A stretch of 64,000 nucleotides of DNA, from assembly GCA_963741955.1 (NCBI GenBank), contig CAVUKB010000007.1, positions 312,558 to 376,557 of the forward strand, read 5' to 3'. The notes beneath the pieces were generated by a model that saw only the letters and a list, made by a program, of their open reading frames with translations, was not told where the DNA came from and searched no databases. Source of the stretch: an uncultured Acidobacteriota bacterium. GTDB taxonomy: Bacteria > Acidobacteriota > Thermoanaerobaculia > Gp7-AA8. This document shows, in pieces, positions 18,751 through 27,694 of this stretch (the first letter of the stretch is position 1; every line of letters begins with the position of its first letter). A program made the translations under genes and the position numbers.

Positions 18751-19695
18751 ATGGCTTCGCTGCTGATCGCAATCGTCACGCTCCTCGTGATGCTCGTTCC
18801 GACGGTGTGGATCGTCGTGGCGCGGCCGGGAGGACGGACCGTCTGGGCCCCCCGCGTCCTTCTCGCCGCAGCTCTCGTGACACTCGGATTTCTACTGGGG
18901 AACTGGGCGGTCCTCGGGATCTGGACGCGCATCGGCCTCGCCGGCCTCTTCCTCGTGGCGGTGCTCGTCTCGTTCGTCCGGGCCCGGCGAGTGGGCCGCG
19001 ATTCCGCCGGCGGCGGAAGGACGTCGTTCGCGATCACCATCATTGCCGTCGTGATCCTCCTCGTCGATCTCGCCGCGATCGCTTCGCGGATACCTCCGGC
19101 GGGAGCGGTCGACCTCGCGTTCCCGTTCCACTCCGGTACGTTCGTGGTCACTCAGGGCGGCCGCGGGCCTCTGACCAACCCGTTCCACTTCTGGACCCCG
19201 GCCGAGCAATACGGGCTCGATCTGGTCAGAGTCGGAAAGCTCGGCGTGCGGGCGCGCGGGGTTGCGCCGAAGGAGCTGAAGGAGTACGCCACGTGGGGGG
19301 AGCCGGTCTTCAGCCCCTGTACCGGCCGGGTGGTTGACGAGGTCTCGCGCACCCCGGAGGCGGCGATCGGATCGCCCGACGCCTCGGTGCCTGCGGGTAA
19401 CTACGTGATCCTCGACTGCAGCGGGACGAACGTCGTCCTGGCCCACCTGAAGCGCGGTGCCGTCTTCGTCCGCCCTGGCGACTCGGTGCTGGAAGGAGAG
19501 AGAATCGCGAAGGTCGGAAACTCCGGGTATACCAGCGAGCCGCAGTTGCACCTGAGCGCATCGCGGACGGAGGGGGGGCGCCAGGTTCCGGTCCCGGTCC
19601 GCTTCGAGGGGGCGTTCCTCACACAGAACGACGTCGTTCGGGTGGAGGGAGAATCGCAGCAGCCGGCCATTCCGGCCGCACAAGTTCCTCAGTAG
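18751..19695 (+). CDS. M23 family metallopeptidase with N-terminal polytopic membrane region
   Basis: ATG verified at 18751 with GGGGAGAG upstream. Four hydrophobic helices, then an M23/LytM-type domain (GEPVFSPCTGRVVD...NYVILDCSGTNVVLAHLKRG...GNSGYTSEPQLHL). Confidence 0.8.
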   Translation: MASLLIAIVTLLVMLVPTVWIVVARPGGRTVWAPRVLLAAALVTLGFLLGNWAVLGIWTRIGLAGLFLVAVLVSFVRARRVGRDSAGGGRTSFAITIIAVVILLVDLAAIASRIPPAGAVDLAFPFHSGTFVVTQGGRGPLTNPFHFWTPAEQYGLDLVRVGKLGVRARGVAPKELKEYATWGEPVFSPCTGRVVDEVSRTPEAAIGSPDASVPAGNYVILDCSGTNVVLAHLKRGAVFVRPGDSVLEGERIAKVGNSGYTSEPQLHLSASRTEGGRQVPVPVRFEGAFLTQNDVVRVEGESQQPAIPAAQVPQ

Positions 19696-19925
19696 GGCTC
19701 GACGTCTTCGGCCGCTTTTCGTACCCGCTCGGACTCGAGCTCGGTCACCCGCGTTTTCAGGTCGATGATCTCGTTCGAGAGTCGAGTCAGGTCGTCCCGC
19801 AGCGCTTCGTGAGCGATGTCCCGGATCTTCGACTGCAGTTTCTGCATCTTGTCACGCTGGTATTGAGTGAGCTTGTCGACCGAGTCGCCGAAGATTTCAC
19901 GGAGGGTCTGTTCGAGATCTGCCAT
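19689..19925 (-). CDS. Small (78 aa) charged coiled-coil hypothetical protein
   Basis: ATG verified at 19923-19925. No competing ORF. Local GC lower than surroundings. Overlaps the convergent M23 gene by 7 nt. Confidence 0.45.
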   Translation of the reverse strand: MADLEQTLREIFGDSVDKLTQYQRDKMQKLQSKIRDIAHEALRDDLTRLSNEIIDLKTRVTELESERVRKAAEDVEPY

Positions 19926-20282
19926 TGGTCACCTCGCAGCGTAGTCAGTTCCGAAGCTCATCAGAATCGAGCAAGCGATGTGCCACGCAGGAGCCGGACG
20001 ACGCGCTCACGACGAGCGCAGACCCCGCTCGTCCGGCACGAATTCGATCCCGCGGTGGCCCGGCGGTCACGCCGCGTGCAGGACGTTCTTCGGCGCGGTG
20101 GCTGCGGTATCGCGGGCACGCGTCGCGCCCGCCTCGATTCTTGCGACTTGCAACGAGAAGTTGTTTGGCGAACGTGAACCCCAGGGTTCCGGCGCGGAGC
20201 GCCTCCACCCTGGGCTACTGTCGGTCGTGCCTACGGCACTGGGGGTGGAGCGAGTGCGAGGCGGGCGGCGGTTCGTGGGAGT

Positions 20283-20390
20283 GAGTCACCAAAGTTCTAG
20301 AGCACGGATCGTCGGGGCGAGTGGTGCAACCGGGACGTGCAGCGCGTGAAGACGGGCGATGGTCCTTGAAACTTCGGCCACGAGAGGTCG
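20283..20390. repeat. Copy A of a ~107-nt dispersed direct repeat (partner at 21050..21156, ~80% identity)
   Basis: Aligned by eye: gagtcacca[a/g]agtt[c/t]t[a/g]gagcacg...acgtgcagcgcg[t/c]gaaga[c/t]gggcg...gaaacttcggccacgagag. Confidence 0.6.
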
Positions 20391-20403
20391 CCCAGGCCTT
20401 CGG

Positions 20404-20664
20404 TTACGTGAGAGGCGCGATTTTCGGCAGGGGCTCGAGCGCTTCTGCATTGCTCCACGCTTCTCGCAGTTCGTTGTGGTGCAGCGTCGCCCACTCGACG
20501 ACGAGGCCGGCCGCCCGAGGCGGTAGTTTCCCCGCGAAGATCGCGAGAGTGTCGATCTCGAAAAGTGCCTCCTCGCCGCCGTACGATGCATGGAAATGAG
20601 GGGGAGGATGATCGTCGAGATACATCCGGATCACGATCCCGAAAAACCGGCTCAGCTCAGGCAT
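20404..20664 (-). CDS. DUF4160 domain protein
   Basis: ATG verified at 20662-20664. Characteristic M..L.DH.PPHFHA motif (MYLDDHPPPHFHASYGGEEA). Overlaps the upstream DUF2442 gene by 8 nt. Confidence 0.75.
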   Translation of the reverse strand: MPELSRFFGIVIRMYLDDHPPPHFHASYGGEEALFEIDTLAIFAGKLPPRAAGLVVEWATLHHNELREAWSNAEALEPLPKIAPLT

Positions 20665-20968
20665 GCCTTGCTTCGGTCGAACCGAGGTTCGGGAACAGCT
20701 GATCGGGAGTCTTCCCGGTCACCTGGAGGTAGAGCGAGTCGGCGCCCAAATCGACGCTCTCACTCCAGACGACCGCACGCCCCTCTTCGACCCGGGCTCG
20801 TTCGAAGGCTCCGGCTTCGAGCCAGAGAGAGAATACACCGCGACCCGCGAGGTACGAAAGATCTGCGATGCCACGCGTACCGTCGCTGAACCGAACGCGA
20901 AGCCGGTAATCGGGGAGTGGCTCGATCTCGACGAGCTCGACCAGTGACCTGCTCACGACGTCAATCAT
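20657..20968 (-). CDS. DUF2442 domain protein (partner of DUF4160)
   Basis: ATG verified at 20966-20968 (MIDVVSRSLVELVEIEPLPDYRLRVRFSDG...). Only the C-terminal 103 aa of the 271-aa track ORF carries recognisable domain content. Confidence 0.7.
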   Translation of the reverse strand: MIDVVSRSLVELVEIEPLPDYRLRVRFSDGTRGIADLSYLAGRGVFSLWLEAGAFERARVEEGRAVVWSESVDLGADSLYLQVTGKTPDQLFPNLGSTEARHA

Positions 20969-21049
20969 ACTGCAGTCTGTGAACCGCCGACGGGAGGAGG
21001 GCGCGCTGAAAGGCCGCGCGAGTGAGAACGGGTATCGCTTCATGGGCGG

Positions 21050-21156
21050 AGTCACCAGAGTTTTGGAGCACGAATGATCGGGTGATTGGTGCCACGCGTA
21101 CGTGCAGCGCGCGAAGATGGGCGGGGTTCTCGAGACTTCGGCCACGAGAGGGTGGT
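21050..21156. repeat. Copy B of the ~107-nt dispersed direct repeat (partner at 20283..20390), lying ~80 nt upstream of the DUF962 gene start
   Basis: See copy A. Confidence 0.6.
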
Positions 21157-21238
21157 CGCTGCGAGACGGATTCGGGTTCGGTCTACAATGGACGCAAATG
21201 GACGCAGCTTCTCCTCGCGCGGCGCAGAAGGAGGTCCC

Positions 21239-21571
21239 ATGCGCGCTCCGATCCGGTCGTTCTCCGACTTCTGGCCCCACTACGTCCGTGCGCACTCGAA
21301 ACCGCGGACCAGGATCCTCCACGGCATCGGCTCCACGCTCGCAGTCGGTGCAGTGGCTCTCGCGCTCGCCAGCAGCCCATGGTGGCTTCTGCTCGCTCCG
21401 CTGGTCGGCTACGGCTTCGCGTGGTACGGCCACTTCTTCGTCGAAGGAAACCGGCCTGCGACGTTCGGACACCCGTTCTATTCACTCGCAGCCGACTACC
21501 GGATGCTCTTCCTGATGATGTCCGGACGGATGGACGACGAAGTGGAAAAGCATCTGATATCTGATATCTGA
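21239..21571 (+). CDS. DUF962 (Mpo1/YGL010w-like) small membrane protein; stop codon supplied by the IS terminal repeat
   Basis: ATG verified at 21239 with GAAGGAGG upstream. SFSDFWPHYVRAHSKPRTRILHGIGS...GHFFVEGNRPATF. The last residues and TGA fall within catctgatatctga at the IS left end. Confidence 0.7.
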   Translation: MRAPIRSFSDFWPHYVRAHSKPRTRILHGIGSTLAVGAVALALASSPWWLLLAPLVGYGFAWYGHFFVEGNRPATFGHPFYSLAADYRMLFLMMSGRMDDEVEKHLISDI

Positions 21572-23612
21572 TATCTGAAACCTTTATCTTCTATCTAGCC
21601 TGAAGTTCCCTGGGGCTATAGGCAAGGATCCGCTGTAAATTCAGGGAGATAGGCAGGAATATGCGTGCAGGCTTCTGTCTACAAGTGGATGGACTTGAGC
21701 AGATCGAAGGCGCGCTGTTGAGTTAGGCCTGGGGTGGTGACGAGGTCGAAGGTGGACTCGTCGTTGGATGCGCCCGGACGGCGAGCGGTGTTGCGGACGA
21801 TGGTGCTCAGGTCTGCGAGCAGGGTCTGAAAGCTGTGGGCGGGAGTGCCGTCGTCGAGTACCTTCGAATGGATCTTATCGAGCGCTTTCGCTGATCGTTT
21901 TGCGGGAGCAACGGGATCACGGCTCGTTTTTGCCTGCTGGTCCTCGTCGGAGAAAAGCAGTGGGCGCCAGGCTTCCATCATGTGCCAGGCCACGTAGTAG
22001 GCCAGCATGCAGAGGAAGATGTGAGCCTTGACGCGCTCCTCGAGCCGGTGGCGGATGGGCCGCACCTGGAGATCGACAGTCTTCAGTGAGCGAAAGGCCC
22101 GCTCGACCTGACTGAGCAGCTTGTAACTGCGCACGACGTCGTCGGTGCCAAGAGTCTCGGCGGCCACGCTGGTCCTTACGACATAGAGCCCATCGAGGGA
22201 AGCCTCGCGCGCCACCTTGTCCGCGTCGATGTGGAAGTCAAGCCCGTCATCGCGAATGTCCAGGACAATGTGTTTGGCGACCTTGTACTTGTCGATCACC
22301 TTGCCGACGCGTACGCCAATGACGTCCTTTCCTTGGAGCTTGCCGTGCGAGACCATCCCTCGCACTTTCTCCAATTCCTTGAGCGTAGCCTCGAGGAGCG
22401 ACTCGCGTTTGTGCGCGCGCAACCGGGCCAGATCCGCATTGCGACAGGCCACCAGTCGCTCGCCCGGGAAATCGGGATGGGTCATCTCGAAAAGATTGCG
22501 CGTGTCGAACAGCCCGAGCTGGATATGACCGGCGTCAACGAGCTTTTGAATCGTCACGCTCCTGAGGGCCGTAATCCAATCAATGCCGTCTCGCTGACGG
22601 AGATCATCGATTTGCTTCTGCGAGATCATGCCGCGATCGCCAACGAGAACAAACTTCTCGATCGTGAAGGTCTTCTGTAGTTTCTCGACCTGAGGCATCA
22701 ATGTCCTGGGGTCACTGGTGTTGCCATCGAAGACACTCACTGCTACGGGGCACCCACGGCGGTCGGTCAGCAGTCCGTAGTTGACCTGAAGCTTGCCCTT
22801 CTTGCCATCCCGGTTGTGGCCGCGCATGGCGAGCGGGCAGCTCTCTCCCTCGAAATAGCTCGAGCTCAGGTCGTACAGGACCAGACCGCCCTTGGGCAGA
22901 TGTCTCGCTGCGAGTTTCTTTTCGATTGCGTCTTGTCGGCCAAGCAGCCAATCGAGCGCGCCATAGAGGTCGTCTTCATCGGCATCGGTGACACCGAAGA
23001 CTTCGGGAATCGTCGAGGTGTGCCATGACCGCACGGTGCTGAGCTTGCTGCGCGGGGCAAGGATACGAGCCGCCACCATGGCGAGGACCAGATCACGCTC
23101 GCGGCACGAGCGAGATGCAACGAGCGAAGCGAAGCCGAGTTGCTTGATTGCGATCTGGACGGCTTCGACATGACCGTGATGGACCGATCGAATGATCTCG
23201 AACAGCTCGGCGATCGGGGCGAGCCTCTCGCCCTTCAAGATTCTGCGAATCGCGTCGATCTGATCGGCCGGCAGGGCCGAGAGATTGGCCAGCGTGCGTT
23301 TTCGGACCTTGGCCCCCACCCGGTAGGACTCGCGCAGCAGGACGGCCGGGGCCGAGTTGCGGTTCGGCACGATGTCGATGTGCATGGCCACAGTATGCCA
23401 GTACTATTCACACCTGTCAATGCAGTAATCACACTTACATGGCTACATTCTTGCATACAAATCGAGGTCATCTTCAAGAAAACACAGCACTTCTCTGCGA
23501 AAACCCCCGGGAACTTCAGTCTAGCTGGATGCTCTCTTATCAGGCACTAATTAGATAACAGATAATAGATAACAGATAACAGATAACAGATAATAGATAA
23601 TAGATATCAGAT
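21551..23612. mobile_element. IS1634-family (IS4-like) insertion sequence, ~2.06 kb, with imperfect terminal IRs and low-GC heptamer microsatellite-like subterminal repeats
   Basis: Left end: catctgatatctgatatctgatatctgaaac...ctagcctgaagttccctgggg. Right end reverse complement: catctgatatctattatctattatctgttatctg...ctagactgaagttcccggggg. Encodes one DDE transposase. Confidence 0.75.
21679..23385 (-). CDS. IS1634-family DDE transposase
   Basis: 568 aa. Typical IS1634 transposase architecture and motifs (VLVGDRGMISQ, long C-terminal region). ORF-track start 23391 is GTG; ATG verified at 23383-23385. Confidence 0.85.
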   Translation of the reverse strand: MHIDIVPNRNSAPAVLLRESYRVGAKVRKRTLANLSALPADQIDAIRRILKGERLAPIAELFEIIRSVHHGHVEAVQIAIKQLGFASLVASRSCRERDLVLAMVAARILAPRSKLSTVRSWHTSTIPEVFGVTDADEDDLYGALDWLLGRQDAIEKKLAARHLPKGGLVLYDLSSSYFEGESCPLAMRGHNRDGKKGKLQVNYGLLTDRRGCPVAVSVFDGNTSDPRTLMPQVEKLQKTFTIEKFVLVGDRGMISQKQIDDLRQRDGIDWITALRSVTIQKLVDAGHIQLGLFDTRNLFEMTHPDFPGERLVACRNADLARLRAHKRESLLEATLKELEKVRGMVSHGKLQGKDVIGVRVGKVIDKYKVAKHIVLDIRDDGLDFHIDADKVAREASLDGLYVVRTSVAAETLGTDDVVRSYKLLSQVERAFRSLKTVDLQVRPIRHRLEERVKAHIFLCMLAYYVAWHMMEAWRPLLFSDEDQQAKTSRDPVAPAKRSAKALDKIHSKVLDDGTPAHSFQTLLADLSTIVRNTARRPGASNDESTFDLVTTPGLTQQRAFDLLKSIHL

Positions 23613-25796
23613 GCCTCCCTCTTTCGTGGTCGGCGGAACCTTCGGCACGTTACCCTCGCCGCCGACTCCGGGAGCCTTCGGTTCTGCTTCCCGGATCCTC
23701 TCCCCGGTCTCCTTGTTGAAAACCGCGTTGCGGAGGAACTGATCGGTCGTCCATGGAGGCGCATCGCCGCCGAGGTACTTGTGGAACCACTCGAGATGGG
23801 CGGTGTAGTAGAGAGCCATCTCGTACCAGCTCGGCCAGTGCCCGGAGTTGGAGTAGACGATCAGTTTCGACGGCACGTGCATCTTCTGCAGCGCGGTGAA
23901 CATCTGCAGACCCTGGGTATACGGGACGCGGTAGTCTCGCTCTCCGGTGATCACCATGCACGGAGTCTTGAAGTTCTTCACGAAGTTCGAAGGGGACCAC
24001 TTCTCGTAGAGATCGGAATTCCAGGGTTGACCCTCGAGGTCCCATTCCGGGAACCAGAGCTCTTCGGTGGCGCCGTAGAACGAGCGGAGATCGAAGAGCC
24101 CCATCATCGAGGCGATGGCTTTGAAGCGGTCCGTATGTCCCTCGAACCAATCCATCATGTAGCCACCGTACGACCATCCCATCGCTCCCATCCGGTTGCG
24201 GTCGACGTACGGGAGCTTCTCGAGGGCGTCGGTGACCTTCATCAGATCCTGGAACACCGCGCCGCCCCAGTCGCCGGAGATCTCGGCGGTGAAGTCCTGG
24301 CCGTAGCCGGTCGAGCCGTGCGGATTGCAGAACGCCACGACGTAACCCGCGCCGGGGTAGACCTGCCAGTCGCCGCGGAAGGAGTCGGCCCACTGCGACT
24401 GGGGGCCGCCGTGCACGTTGAAGATCAGCGGGTACTTCTTCGACGGATCGAATCCATGAGGTTTGACGATGAAGACCTCGATCTTCGATCCGAGAGTGCC
24501 GTCGACCCACATCGTCTCGGCGGGACGGATGTCCACCTCGCTCTTCAGCGAGTCGTTCAGCTTCGTCAGTTGCTTCGCCGCTGCGGAGCCATCGCCGACT
24601 TTCGCGCTGTAGATCTCACCGGGGCTGCCGATCGCACGCGATGCGAAGAGGATGGTCTTCTCCGAAGGAGAGAACGAGAACGAATCGATCGTCGCGTGCT
24701 CGAGGACCTTCTCGATCTTTCCGCTCCCGAGGTCCAGACGGTAGATCGGATTGGTTCCTTCGACTTCGCCGGTGAAGTAGATCGACTTCGAGTCTCCACT
24801 CCATTCGAATTCGTCGATCCAGTTGCGGAACTCCTCGGTCATGTCGCGTGTGGTTCCGCTCTTCCGGTCGTAGAGCGCGATCCGGAAGAGGTCGGACTCG
24901 TAACCCGGCTGCTTCTGCATCCGGTAAGCGATCCACCGTCCGTCCGGGGAGTACTTCGGGCTGCCGTCGTAGGCGGGGTTCGACGAGGTGATGTCCCGCG
25001 CCGCGAAATTCTTGTCGCCGAGCGACACGAGATAGAGGTCGTTGTTCGTGGAGGATTCGGGATCCGGAACGCGCTTCGAGACGAACACCAGCTCCTTCGA
25101 ATCGGGAGAGAAGTCGTACTGCACCGGACCGCCGAGCTGAAACGTCGGCGAGTCCCATTTCCCCGGGGTCACGTCTCGAATTTCGCCGCCCGGGACCGAG
25201 ACGACGAAGATGTGGGTCGCGGTGCCGTCCTTCCATGCGGTCCAGTGGCGGTAGAGGAGCGCGTCCGCGGTGTGCGCGTCGAGCGGCCCGTCGTGCCAGC
25301 GATCGGCGATCTTCTTGTTGCACGCGTCGTCGGCGCCGCATTCGGGGTAGACGTCGGTCGAGAAGGCGATCCACTTCCCGTCAGGCGACCAGACCGGGTC
25401 GGAGACACCGGTGGAGATGTTCGTGATCCGTTGCGCCTCCCCTCCGGCGACCGGCATCACGTAGAGGTTCGAATCTCCTTCGCGGGAGCTGACGAACGCA
25501 ATCGAAGTTCCGTCGGGTGAGAAGACGGGCGAGCTCTCGCTCTTGTCGCTCCGGGTCAGCTGGCGCTCGTTCGAGCCGTCGGCGTTCATCATCCAGACGT
25601 GGCTCTGGTGCTTCGCCCGCGGCAGATCGCTCGTCGAGACGGTGTAGACGACCGTACGCCCGTCGGGCGAGACGTGAACGTCGCCCACTCCCTTCACCCG
25701 GTAGTAGTCCTCGAGCGTGAATGCTCTCTTCGCGGCAAACGAGGGAAGCGCGACGACGAGCAGGAGGAGCGCAACGAATGAGACTCTTCGATTCAT
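23607..25796 (-). CDS. S9 family serine peptidase (prolyl oligopeptidase/dipeptidyl-aminopeptidase type) with N-terminal TolB-like beta-propeller; secreted
   Basis: ATG verified at 25794-25796. Signal peptide. Propeller repeats (SPDGRTVVY, FSPDGTSIAF, WSPDGKWIAF). Catalytic GWSYGGYM Ser motif plus downstream D/H. The stop codon lies within the IS right end. Confidence 0.85.
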   Translation of the reverse strand: MNRRVSFVALLLLVVALPSFAAKRAFTLEDYYRVKGVGDVHVSPDGRTVVYTVSTSDLPRAKHQSHVWMMNADGSNERQLTRSDKSESSPVFSPDGTSIAFVSSREGDSNLYVMPVAGGEAQRITNISTGVSDPVWSPDGKWIAFSTDVYPECGADDACNKKIADRWHDGPLDAHTADALLYRHWTAWKDGTATHIFVVSVPGGEIRDVTPGKWDSPTFQLGGPVQYDFSPDSKELVFVSKRVPDPESSTNNDLYLVSLGDKNFAARDITSSNPAYDGSPKYSPDGRWIAYRMQKQPGYESDLFRIALYDRKSGTTRDMTEEFRNWIDEFEWSGDSKSIYFTGEVEGTNPIYRLDLGSGKIEKVLEHATIDSFSFSPSEKTILFASRAIGSPGEIYSAKVGDGSAAAKQLTKLNDSLKSEVDIRPAETMWVDGTLGSKIEVFIVKPHGFDPSKKYPLIFNVHGGPQSQWADSFRGDWQVYPGAGYVVAFCNPHGSTGYGQDFTAEISGDWGGAVFQDLMKVTDALEKLPYVDRNRMGAMGWSYGGYMMDWFEGHTDRFKAIASMMGLFDLRSFYGATEELWFPEWDLEGQPWNSDLYEKWSPSNFVKNFKTPCMVITGERDYRVPYTQGLQMFTALQKMHVPSKLIVYSNSGHWPSWYEMALYYTAHLEWFHKYLGGDAPPWTTDQFLRNAVFNKETGERIREAEPKAPGVGGEGNVPKVPPTTKEGGI

Positions 25797-25988
25797 GCAT
25801 GACCTCGCAAGATGGAGTCGGCGGCCCGCAGACCTCCGGAGGAGGAGGATTTAATCACGGGAGGGACGCGGCGGCGAGGTCAACTGCGGATGGCGGAAGT
25901 AGGAAGGCAGAAGGCGGAAGTCGAAAGGCGGATGGCGAATCCGAAACTCGAAATTCGAAATCCCCCGGTGTTACACTCCCGGTCGCTG

Positions 25989-27653
25989 ATGAAATTTCGA
26001 TCCGCTCTTCTCCTCGTCGCCCTCTCCTCGATCCTCTCCGCCTGCGCAACCGGTGCGAAAATGCAGACTCCTCAGACATTCGATCTCCTGATCACCAACG
26101 GACGCATCATCGATGGCACGGGAGCGCCGTGGTTTCGCGGTGACGTCGGCATCACCGCCGACACCATCGTCGCGGTCGGCGATCTCTCGCATGCTCATGC
26201 CCGCCGCACCATCGACGCACATGGACAGATCGTCGCCCCGGGATTCATCGATCTCCTCGGCCAGGACGATCACACCGTCCTGGTCGATCCCCGTCTGGAA
26301 GGAAAGATCCGCCAGGGCGTCACCACCGAGCTGACCGGTGAAGGTCATTCGCCGGGGCCGGTCACGGCGGCGCAGCAGGAAGCTCGTGCCGCGCGTGGCG
26401 GTCCGAGCTGGCGCACGCTCGGTGAGTACATGAACGTGGTGGAGAAGAATCGCTCCGCGATCAACATGGCGTTCCTGGTCGGACAGTCGAGCGCGCGCGA
26501 GATCGTGATGGGTGACGTCGACCGCGATCCCACGCCCGAAGAGCTTCGCCAGATGGAAGCGATCGTCGATCAGGCGATGCGCGAAGGAGCGATCGGACTC
26601 TCGTCCGCGCTGATCTACGTCCCGGCCGTCTTCTCGAAGACGGACGAGCTGATCGCGCTCGCGCGCGTCGCGGCGAAACGCGGAGGCGTTTACTTCACGC
26701 ACATCCGCAACGAGGCCGACACCATCGATGACGCGCTCGACGAGGCGTTCCGCATCGGACGGGAAGCCCGGATTCCGCTCAACATCTGGCACCTCAAGGT
26801 CGGTGGGAAACAGAACTGGGGGCGGATGCCGGAAGTCATCGCGAAGATCGAAGCGGCGCGCGAGAGTGGCCTCGACGTCTCTGCGAACGTCTACCCGTAC
26901 ATCGCCTCATCCACGGGGCTCTCCGCGCTGGCGCCGAATCAGGCGCTCGAGGGAGGCTACTCGAAGTTTCTCGAGCGGCTGAAGGATCCGGTGACGCGGG
27001 CGAAGATCGCGGACGAGATCCGCGAATCGGGCTTCTACCACCGGATCGATGGCGCGGTGGGAGTTCTGGTCACGCGCATCCCGAACTCGAAGTTCGCGCA
27101 ATACGAGCGGAAACGTCTCAGCGAGATCGCGACGATGATGGGGCTCGACCCGATCGAGGCACTGCTCCGGATTTTCGAGCAAAGTCCGCGTTCCCCTCAG
27201 GCGATCTATTTCTCCATGAACGAGCAGGATCTTCGGTACGCGCTGCAGCAGCCGTTCGTGTCGGTCGGTTCCGATTCGGCGGCGATCGTCGGACCGATGA
27301 TCAACGCCGGCGCGCATCCGCGCGCGTACGGAACATTCCCTCGTGTGGTCGGCCACTACGTGCGCGACGAGCATCTCTTCACGCTCGAAGAGGCGGTGCG
27401 TAAGGTGACATCGCAGGCGGCGGCGCGTGCGCTGCTGTTCGACCGCGGCGTACTCCGTCCGGGGATGAAGGGAGACGTGGTGGTGTTCGATCCGGAGAAG
27501 ATCCGGGATATTTCGACGTACGAAGACCCTCACCACATGTCTGAGGGAGTGATCGACGTGGTGGTGAACGGGGCTCCGGTTCTGCTCGACGGGACAATGA
27601 CCGGAGAGCTTCCGGGTCGCGTGCTTCGCGGCCCCGGCTACGAAGCGAGATAG
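25989..27653 (+). CDS. N-acyl-D-amino-acid deacylase (D-aminoacylase) family amidohydrolase, lipoprotein
   Basis: ATG verified at 25989. Lipobox LSAC. D-aminoacylase N-terminal motif DLLITNGRIIDGTGAPWFRGDVGI...APGFIDLLGQDD and amidohydrolase fold. Confidence 0.8.
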   Translation: MKFRSALLLVALSSILSACATGAKMQTPQTFDLLITNGRIIDGTGAPWFRGDVGITADTIVAVGDLSHAHARRTIDAHGQIVAPGFIDLLGQDDHTVLVDPRLEGKIRQGVTTELTGEGHSPGPVTAAQQEARAARGGPSWRTLGEYMNVVEKNRSAINMAFLVGQSSAREIVMGDVDRDPTPEELRQMEAIVDQAMREGAIGLSSALIYVPAVFSKTDELIALARVAAKRGGVYFTHIRNEADTIDDALDEAFRIGREARIPLNIWHLKVGGKQNWGRMPEVIAKIEAARESGLDVSANVYPYIASSTGLSALAPNQALEGGYSKFLERLKDPVTRAKIADEIRESGFYHRIDGAVGVLVTRIPNSKFAQYERKRLSEIATMMGLDPIEALLRIFEQSPRSPQAIYFSMNEQDLRYALQQPFVSVGSDSAAIVGPMINAGAHPRAYGTFPRVVGHYVRDEHLFTLEEAVRKVTSQAAARALLFDRGVLRPGMKGDVVVFDPEKIRDISTYEDPHHMSEGVIDVVVNGAPVLLDGTMTGELPGRVLRGPGYEAR

Positions 27654-27694
27654 CCCGGATTCATCACACCGTCTCGTCGGGAGGATCGGCAGGA

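Noticed and set aside
20657-21472. Full 271-aa minus-strand ORF taken as one gene
   Set aside because: Only the C-terminal 103 aa has DUF2442 character and a proper ATG. The upstream part runs antisense through repeat copy B and the DUF962 leader and is Arg/Pro-rich.
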